In this document: one piece after another, positions 58,101-64,000 of the stretch
How positions within the stretch are numbered: position 1 is the first letter of the stretch
How the letters are laid out: the number at the start of each line of letters is the position of its first letter
Assembly (NCBI GenBank): GCA_965205945.1
Contig: CBDBIB010000002.1
Coordinates: 32,001-96,000, forward strand
Length of the DNA stretch: 64,000 nt
Origin: Bdellovibrionales bacterium
GTDB taxonomy: Bacteria > Bdellovibrionota > Bdellovibrionia > Bdellovibrionales > UBA1609
Direction: 5' to 3'
Position numbers and translations under genes: made by a program
Notes under the pieces: generated by a model
What the model was told of the DNA's origin: nothing
Database searches by the model: none
What the model saw: only the letters and a program-made list of their open reading frames with translations

Positions 58101-59338
58101 TTATTGATCCTGAAGGAAGAGAGAGGGATCGTTATGCAGTTGTTTATGGCTCTACAATTTATTTTAAAGATGGTGATCAGGTTAAAAAAGGTGATACTAT
58201 TTGTGACTGGGACCCTTATGCAAATCCAATTATTGCAGAAGTTTCAGGTAAAATTAATTTCCTTGGAATTGTTGAAGGGCAAACAATGTCAGAGCAAATT
58301 GACCCTGTAACAGGTTTTGCAACTAAAGTGATTACAGATTCAAAAACTGTAGATGACAATAAGCCAACAGTATTTATTTCAGATGTCCAGGGAAATCCAG
58401 TTGAAATTAAAGGAAGGGCTGCACCAGCAAGATATGTCATTCCAATGGGAGCGCAATTGTTGGTCTCAGTTGGAGATGAAGTTTGTGCTGGTGAAATTAT
58501 TGCAAAAATCCATAGAGAAACATCTAAGACAAAAGATATTACGGGGGGTTTGCCAAGAGTTGCTGAGCTTTTTGAGGCAAGAAAACCAAAAGAGGCTGCC
58601 ATTGTAACTGAAATTGATGGTTATGTGACTTTTGGAAAAGATATTAAAACTAAGCAAAGAGTGATTATTACTCCAGAGCTTGGTGAGCCGAGAGAGTATT
58701 TGATTCCAAAAGGAAAGCATTTTGCTGTTCGTGAGGGTGAGTTTGTTCAAGCAGGTGATGCTTTAATGGATGGACTAATTAATCCGCATGATATTTTAGC
58801 TGTTAAAGGTGACCAAGAGCTTGCAGCCTATATGGTGAATGAAGTTCAAGAGGTTTATAGGCTTCAAGGCGTTGGAATTAACGATAAACATATTGAAACT
58901 ATTGTAAGGCAGATGTTAAGAAAAGTTACTGTGACAAGTCCTGGTGATACTATTTTCTTAAATGATATGCAGGTTGAAAAATATAGACTTGAAGAGGAGA
59001 ATGAAAGAGTTCTGGCAGAAGGTTTAGAGCCAGCAAAAGTTCAACCACTTCTTCTTGGTATTACTAAAGTTTCATTAGGAACTGAGAGTTGGATTTCTGC
59101 TGCATCATTTCAAGAGACTACTAAAGTACTTACTGAGGCATCTATTAATGGAAAAGAAGATAAGCTTAAAGGTCTTAAAGAAAATATTATTATGGGTAGA
59201 TTGATTCCTGCAGGAACAGGGGTATCAGCTTATAAAAAATGGAAGCTTAAGGTTGACGAGATTGAGGAGTCCTCAGGAGCTGTCTTACTGGGATTAGGAA
59301 GGGAATTTTCAACTCAGGATGGGATAAATAGAGTTTAG
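55193..59338 (+). CDS. rpoC: RNA polymerase beta' subunit
   Basis: [11 protein letters not shown] catalytic motif, N-terminal zinc finger. Confidence 0.99.
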   Translation: MKDLLNFFDKPKDPLAFEGVKIGLASPELIQSWSFGEVKKPETINYRTFKPEREGLFCAKIFGPIKDYECLCGKYKRMKFRGVVCEKCGVEVTQSKVRRERMGHIELASPVAHIWFLRSLPSRIGNILNLTLKDVERVLYCEAYVVIDPMETTLEESQVLGEEAYQAALEEFGPNFHADIGGNAISELLKKVDVEYLSKKLRMELKEVKSEAATKKLTKRLKVLEAFKGTVNKPVWMMLQNVPVIPPDLRPLVPLDGGRFATSDLNDLYRRVINRNNRLKRLQELNAPDVIIRNEKRMLQEAVDALLDNGRRGKTFTGPNKRPLKSLSDMLKGKQGRFRQNLLGKRVDYSGRSVIVVGPNLKLHQCGLPKKMALELFKPFIFAKLEERGFATTIKQAKKLVEEQTVEVWDILSEVVKEHPVMLNRAPTLHRLGVQAFEPVLHEGKAIRLHPLVCTAFNADFDGDQMAVHVPLSVEAQVEARVLMMSTNNILSPANGRPVINPTQDIVLGCYWMTRIKPGAKGTGKLFGNVNEVLYAYEAKNVDLQAAIKVRVHGKIYDTSVGRAIFSDILPLEVPFNEINKPLDKKELASVIDKSFRLAGGKATAILADNIMEKGFTYSTKAGISICLDDLKIPEAKTKMIQTAENEVLEIQGQYDEGLITDGERYNKVVDIWAQTGDKVAKEMMRHIEKEEFNVNGETVIGDSFNSIFVMADSGARGSAAQIRQLAGMRGLMAKPSGEIIETPITANFREGLSVLQYFISTHGARKGLADTALKTANSGYLTRRLVDVAQDVIVTQQDCGTTDGMALVPLMEGGEIIQPLSERVLGRTCMEDVKDPYSEEVLVEAGEEIAEGHIEKIDKAGVIKVMIRSVLTCKSRRGVCVKCYGRDLSRGTTVNLGETVGIIAAQSIGEPGTQLTMRTFHVGGTATRAVEQSVHISRMDALFKLEGVSTVTNKDGKLVSMNRSGYILLIDPEGRERDRYAVVYGSTIYFKDGDQVKKGDTICDWDPYANPIIAEVSGKINFLGIVEGQTMSEQIDPVTGFATKVITDSKTVDDNKPTVFISDVQGNPVEIKGRAAPARYVIPMGAQLLVSVGDEVCAGEIIAKIHRETSKTKDITGGLPRVAELFEARKPKEAAIVTEIDGYVTFGKDIKTKQRVIITPELGEPREYLIPKGKHFAVREGEFVQAGDALMDGLINPHDILAVKGDQELAAYMVNEVQEVYRLQGVGINDKHIETIVRQMLRKVTVTSPGDTIFLNDMQVEKYRLEEENERVLAEGLEPAKVQPLLLGITKVSLGTESWISAASFQETTKVLTEASINGKEDKLKGLKENIIMGRLIPAGTGVSAYKKWKLKVDEIEESSGAVLLGLGREFSTQDGINRV

Positions 59339-59392
59339 GAGAATTAGGTGGAGGAGTTACTTAAAAAATAAGTGAAAGCCTGTTAATTAGGC

Positions 59393-59421
59393 TTGACGGC
59401 AAGGTTTTTGAGTCTTATTTT
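59393..59421 (+). promoter_or_regulatory. sigma70-type promoter of rpsL operon
   Basis: TTGACG-N17-TATTTT. Confidence 0.5.
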
Positions 59422-59503
59422 TCCTCCTTTATATGAGTTTAAAATAACTAAATTTTATTTTTTGTTGGGTTTAAAAGTAAGTAAAAATTAGAAAAGGAAA
59501 GCT

Positions 59504-59878
59504 ATGCCAACTATTAATCAGTTGATTAGGAAAGAAAGAACAATTCAAAAGAATAAAACAACTTCTCCTGCATTAGCGTCATGCCCACAAAAAAGAGGCG
59601 TATGTACAAGAGTTTATACAACAACTCCAAAGAAACCAAATTCAGCTTTAAGAAAAGTTGCAAAGGTTAGACTGTCTAATGGGTTTGAAGTGATTTCATA
59701 TATTCCAGGCACTGGTCATAACTTACAAGAACATAGTATTGTTCTTATTCGTGGTGGCCGTGTAAAAGACTTACCGGGTGTGAGGTATCATATTGTAAGA
59801 GGGATTTTAGATACTCAAGGTGTTAAAGATAGAAAAAATAGCCGTTCTAAATATGGAGCTAAAAGGCCAAAAGTCTAA
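59504..59878 (+). CDS. rpsL: 30S ribosomal protein S12
   Basis: [22 protein letters not shown]. Confidence 0.99.
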   Translation: MPTINQLIRKERTIQKNKTTSPALASCPQKRGVCTRVYTTTPKKPNSALRKVAKVRLSNGFEVISYIPGTGHNLQEHSIVLIRGGRVKDLPGVRYHIVRGILDTQGVKDRKNSRSKYGAKRPKV

Positions 59879-59891
59879 GGAGAGGAGTTAA

Positions 59892-60365
59892 ATGTCTCGT
59901 AGAAGAAAAAGTGTAAAAAGAGAGATCCTTCCAGATCCGATTTATAATGATCTTACATTGGCTAAGTTTGTAAATACTCTTATGCTTGATGGGAAAAAAT
60001 CAACTGCGCAAAATATTTTATATAGCGCTTTAGATGAGTTAAAAGATAAAGTTCCTGGTGAGGAACCTTTAGCAGTATTTAAAAAAGCAATTGAAAATAC
60101 AAAGCCTGCTGTTGAAGTTAAATCAAGAAGAGTTGGTGGTGCTACATATCAAGTTCCTGTTGATGTAAGGCCTTTAAGAAGACTTGCTCTTTCTATGAGA
60201 TGGCTTGTTGAGTATTCAAGAAAAAGATCAGAGAAAAACATGGCCAGTAGACTTTCTTCTGAATTTGCAGATGCTTTTAACGGGAGGGGAAATTCTGTTA
60301 AAAAAAGAGAAGATGTTCATAAAACAGCTGAAGCTAATAGAGCATTTTCGCATTTTAGCTGGTAA
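59892..60365 (+). CDS. rpsG: 30S ribosomal protein S7
   Basis: [22 protein letters not shown]. Confidence 0.99.
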   Translation: MSRRRKSVKREILPDPIYNDLTLAKFVNTLMLDGKKSTAQNILYSALDELKDKVPGEEPLAVFKKAIENTKPAVEVKSRRVGGATYQVPVDVRPLRRLALSMRWLVEYSRKRSEKNMASRLSSEFADAFNGRGNSVKKREDVHKTAEANRAFSHFSW

Positions 60366-60401
60366 GCTTAGTTAAGGCTTAAAGTTTTATGGAATTTATA
60401 A

Positions 60402-60430
60402 GACACTTCTTTTTAAGAGGTGTTTTTTTT
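60402..60430 (+). terminator. intrinsic terminator between rpsG and fusA
   Basis: ACACTTCTT-loop-AAGAGGTGT stem followed by long T-tract. Confidence 0.65.
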
Positions 60431-60453
60431 ATTAAAAGGTGTAAATAAACATT

Positions 60454-62550
60454 ATGGTATATAAACAGCCTGGAACAATTAAAGATTTAAAACTTACAAG
60501 AAATTTTGGTATTATGGCGCATATTGATGCGGGTAAAACAACTACTACTGAAAGGATTTTGTTTTATACAGGAAAGAGTCATAAAATTGGTGAGGTCCAC
60601 GATGGACAAGCTGTAATGGACTGGATGGAGCAAGAGCAAGAACGTGGGATCACGATTACTTCTGCTGCAATAACAAGTTACTGGAAAAACCACAAGATTA
60701 ATATCATTGATACGCCTGGACATGTGGACTTTACAATTGAAGTAGAGCGATCGCTACGAGTTTTAGATGGGGCTGTGGCTGTATTTGATGGAGTCAATGG
60801 TGTTGAGCCTCAATCGGAAACAGTTTGGCGTCAGGCTGATCGCTATAAGGTTCCAAGAATTGTCTTTATTAATAAAATGGATAGGGTGGGAGCAGATTTT
60901 TATTATTCTATTAAAACTATTAAAAAAAGACTTAGTGGAAACCCCCTTGCATTACAACTTCCCATTGGTGAAGAGGATGGGTTTCAAGGTGTTGTAGATC
61001 TTATTTTAAATAAAGCTTATATTTGGGATGGTGAAGGTTTAGGGGTAGATTTTAAAGTCACAGAGATTCCCGAATATCTAAAAATAAAAGCTAAAGAGTA
61101 TAGGCAAAAGGCTATTGAAACTATATGTGAATTTGATGATGATCTTTTAGATGAATATCTTAAGGGTAAGCAGCCTAGTTTAGAAAAACTAAAGACTGTA
61201 TTAAGACAAGCAGTTTTAGACTTAAAGATTTGTCCAGTTTTTTGTGGATCTGCTTTTAAGAACAAAAGTATTCAGCCTTTACTTGATGCCATTTTAGATT
61301 ATTTACCAAGCCCTTTAGATAGATCTGCAGTAATAGGGAGAGACCCTAAAAGACAGGATAAGGCGATCATTTGTAAAACTGATTTTAAAGAAGCTTTAAG
61401 TGCTTTAGCTTTTAAAATAGCAAGAGATCCTTTTTCTGGAGTTCTTACTTTTATAAGAGTTTATTCAGGAGTAATTAAGACTGGAGAGGCGTTATTAAAC
61501 CCAAGAACTCAAAAAAAAGAGCGTATTAGTAAGATTTTTAAAATGCATTCAAATACTAGAGAGGAAATATCAGAAGTTAAAGCTGGGGACATAGCAGCAC
61601 TTGTAGGGTTAAAAGATACGGGAACTGGGGATACTCTTTGTGCTTCTAAGAGACCGGTTGTCTTAGAAAGAATTAAATTTCCAGATCCTGTGATTTCCGT
61701 AGCTATTGAAGCTAAGTCATCTATGGATCAAAAAAAGTTAGAAGAGGGTTTAGCTGCTTTATTAAGGGAAGATCCTTCTTGTAAGCTTGATATGGATCCT
61801 GACACTGGCCAAACGCTTCTTTCAGGAATGGGGGAGCTTCACTTAGATATCTTAGTAGATAGGCTTTTAAAGGAATATAAGGTGAGCGCAAATATTGGTA
61901 AGCCACAAGTTTTTTATAGAGAGTTTTTAGAAAATAAATCTAAGGGTGAAGCTAGATTTGAAAGAGTAGTTTCTGGCACTACTGAGTGGGCAAAGATATC
62001 TTTAGAAATTGAGCCTCAAAAAAATGGTGAAGCCCATATGTTTATTAATAATTTTAAAACAGATAAAAAGCTAGATTCAATGTTAATTGATGCCATTAGG
62101 GATGGGGCTATGGATGCTGTGGGTATAGGTCCTTTAGCGGGTTATCCAATGATGGGGATTAAAATTATTTTAAAGCACTTAGAATGGGATGTTTTTACTT
62201 CTAGAGGCGTTTGTAAAATTGCAACGTCTCAAGCGCTAAGGCAGTGTTTAAAAGAAGCAAAAGTGAGTGTGTATGAACCAGTTTTTAAAGTAGAGGTTTT
62301 ATCTCCAGGAGAATTTGTAGGTTCTATTGTTGGGGATATTAATGCTCGAAAAGGAAAAGTGTTAAACATGGAGCATAAGGGTGATAAGCAAATAATACAT
62401 GCACAGATTCCATTGGCCTCTTTGTTCGGTTATGCAACTGATATTAGGTCTTTAAGCCAAGGGCGTGCAATGTTTTCTATGGAGTTTTATAATTATGGAA
62501 TGCTTCCTAAAAAATCTCAAAATGAATTTCTATTAAAATTTGGACGGTAA
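60454..62550 (+). CDS. fusA: elongation factor G (divergent domain IV)
   Basis: [24 protein letters not shown]; domain IV loops atypical. Confidence 0.95.
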   Translation: MVYKQPGTIKDLKLTRNFGIMAHIDAGKTTTTERILFYTGKSHKIGEVHDGQAVMDWMEQEQERGITITSAAITSYWKNHKINIIDTPGHVDFTIEVERSLRVLDGAVAVFDGVNGVEPQSETVWRQADRYKVPRIVFINKMDRVGADFYYSIKTIKKRLSGNPLALQLPIGEEDGFQGVVDLILNKAYIWDGEGLGVDFKVTEIPEYLKIKAKEYRQKAIETICEFDDDLLDEYLKGKQPSLEKLKTVLRQAVLDLKICPVFCGSAFKNKSIQPLLDAILDYLPSPLDRSAVIGRDPKRQDKAIICKTDFKEALSALAFKIARDPFSGVLTFIRVYSGVIKTGEALLNPRTQKKERISKIFKMHSNTREEISEVKAGDIAALVGLKDTGTGDTLCASKRPVVLERIKFPDPVISVAIEAKSSMDQKKLEEGLAALLREDPSCKLDMDPDTGQTLLSGMGELHLDILVDRLLKEYKVSANIGKPQVFYREFLENKSKGEARFERVVSGTTEWAKISLEIEPQKNGEAHMFINNFKTDKKLDSMLIDAIRDGAMDAVGIGPLAGYPMMGIKIILKHLEWDVFTSRGVCKIATSQALRQCLKEAKVSVYEPVFKVEVLSPGEFVGSIVGDINARKGKVLNMEHKGDKQIIHAQIPLASLFGYATDIRSLSQGRAMFSMEFYNYGMLPKKSQNEFLLKFGR

Positions 62551-62552
62551 GC

Positions 62553-63704
62553 TTATCTACTTTTTTCAATAAGTTTTAAGCCAATTAGAGTATTTTTTTT
62601 AAATGGAGGCATGACAGGAGCATCGCTTCCAAAGTGATATTCGTATCCATGTGTATCTAGGAAAGTAAAGGGGTAAATTTCATGGGGCATGAGTAAAGCC
62701 TTATTCTTTTCATACCAAATCTTATCTTGAATCCAGTGTGCAGGCTGAAAATGGAAGACACATTTTAAATGGTGCGCACTTAAGATTTTTAAAGCATGTT
62801 TTGTAAAAATAGGAGCATGTTCAAGGTGTAGTGTTGGAATAGAGGTATTGTTTTTACTTAGAACTTGATAAACTTTTAAAACTTCTTGTAATGCTAAGTC
62901 TCCAATGGTGTGAACGGCTAGTGGAACTTTTTGTACACATAAAATAAAAGTCATTTTTTTTAAAAGATCTTTTTTACTCATGCGGGGAGAGGAGCTTTTA
63001 AAAGAGCTAGTGTATGCAGTGTTTGAGTTTAAAGAACCATCATAAAATATTTTTATACCTTTAGCCGAGAGTATTTTAGAGTTTGAAGTTTTAGCTAAAT
63101 CCAACGCATTAAGTGCAGTCTTTATAGTTTGCCCCATGAATTCAGAGAAAAACACCTCGATATTAAGTTTTAAAAGATTCCTAGATTCAAGTTTTTTTAG
63201 GCAGATCCAATGATCGATGTTTCCGGTGAGATGTCTGATTTTTTTAATGCCATTTTCCAAAAAAACATTTTGTGCAAATAATGCTATTTTTTTAAGTTCC
63301 TTTATTGAACGTGAAGGGATAAGTGCGTAGAAAGAATCTCGTTCAGCCTCTGAAAGGATAGATCCTGTTTTTAAAGGAATTGCATTTTTAGAAGAGAATT
63401 TTAAATGATCTAAAAGATTTTTTGAAACAAAAGAGCTGTGACCATCAATATATGAAATACAAAAATATTTATTAGGATACTTTTCACAAAGCTGGTTAAA
63501 TTCTTTAAGAGGAAGTTTATTTGACCATCCAAAACCTCGAATTAAAGTTTGATTTTTTAGATTTTCTGGAAGATTTAGGGTGACAGCATTTTGATCAATA
63601 ACAAAGTCTACAGCAGAAAGGCCTACACCAAAAAAGTGTACGTGGCTATCATAGTTTAGTTTTTTATATAAGCTAGTATTTGACAGGTTCAATTCTAACT
63701 TCAT
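62553..63704 (-). CDS. amidohydrolase family 3 (YtcJ-like) protein
   Basis: DSHVH, DGHS, KIFYDGSL, HTIGD, LEHA, FGSDAPV. Confidence 0.85.
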   Translation of the reverse strand: MKLELNLSNTSLYKKLNYDSHVHFFGVGLSAVDFVIDQNAVTLNLPENLKNQTLIRGFGWSNKLPLKEFNQLCEKYPNKYFCISYIDGHSSFVSKNLLDHLKFSSKNAIPLKTGSILSEAERDSFYALIPSRSIKELKKIALFAQNVFLENGIKKIRHLTGNIDHWICLKKLESRNLLKLNIEVFFSEFMGQTIKTALNALDLAKTSNSKILSAKGIKIFYDGSLNSNTAYTSSFKSSSPRMSKKDLLKKMTFILCVQKVPLAVHTIGDLALQEVLKVYQVLSKNNTSIPTLHLEHAPIFTKHALKILSAHHLKCVFHFQPAHWIQDKIWYEKNKALLMPHEIYPFTFLDTHGYEYHFGSDAPVMPPFKKNTLIGLKLIEKSR

Positions 63705-63999
63705 TGTTATTGTTGTTTAATAAGATGATAAGAATTGACGCTAGTGTCACTCCTGTTATTGCATACCATGTTGATTTTTTTTGAAAAAAATTCTTTTTGT
63801 GTGGTAGTTTTAAGGGTTTATCGGTATGAATTTTAAAAAGTTTTTTTTGAGCAGGGTGGTTTATTTGTTTAGAAATTTTCTTTATACAGGATTTTGAAAA
63901 AAAGATTTCATCTACTCTAAAACCTTGATGTGTAATAAAATTAGGATTAGCACATGTTCCAAGGTTTAATTTTTTAAGTTTAATAGGTTTAGTCTTTAA
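63673..63999 (-). CDS. hypothetical protein with C-terminal TM, 5' part outside window
   Basis: Open frame from window edge to TAG 63673: ...KKSTWYAITGVTLASILIILLNN... Confidence 0.55.
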   Translation of the reverse strand, partial: LKTKPIKLKKLNLGTCANPNFITHQGFRVDEIFFSKSCIKKISKQINHPAQKKLFKIHTDKPLKLPHKKNFFQKKSTWYAITGVTLASILIILLNNNNNEVRIEPVKY

Positions 64000-64000
64000 A

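Noticed and set aside
52772..61906. Small alternative-frame and antisense ORFs within rpoB, rpoC and fusA
   Set aside because: Shadow ORFs inside highly conserved genes with no independent coding signal

Overview
AT-rich bacterial chromosome segment, most likely Bdellovibrionota (inferred from the fibre-protein N-terminus, the gspL/M/N-ssb arrangement and the divergent str-operon EF-G). The right half is core housekeeping: lon, lpoA-like, dnaJ-like, grpE, hemW, M16 peptidase, tatBC, five tRNAs, tuf, secE, nusG, rplKAJL, rpoBC, rpsLG and fusA. The left half holds envelope and predation-type genes (MepA-like lipoprotein, beta-barrels, T2SS gspLMN, a 1607-aa metzincin lipoprotein), a VTT/flavoprotein pair, a Fur-boxed folE2-fur-uvrA operon and an HD-GYP gene. 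The most notable locus is 22.4-30.8 kb, a 2363-aa phage-tail-fibre-like adhesin. It has a 969-bp tandem-repeat stalk and a 75-bp LRR (BspA/DUF285) head whose repeats differ only non-synonymously. Just upstream lies a 466-bp segment bounded by two inverted 43-bp repeats containing XerC/XerD dif-like 28-mers with identical spacers, a candidate Xer-driven invertible promoter. The whole locus is bracketed by inverted MITE-like ends. Intergenic DNA carries decayed IS5, IS481 and IS1595 fragments. All calls come from motif recognition by eye; no database searches were run.
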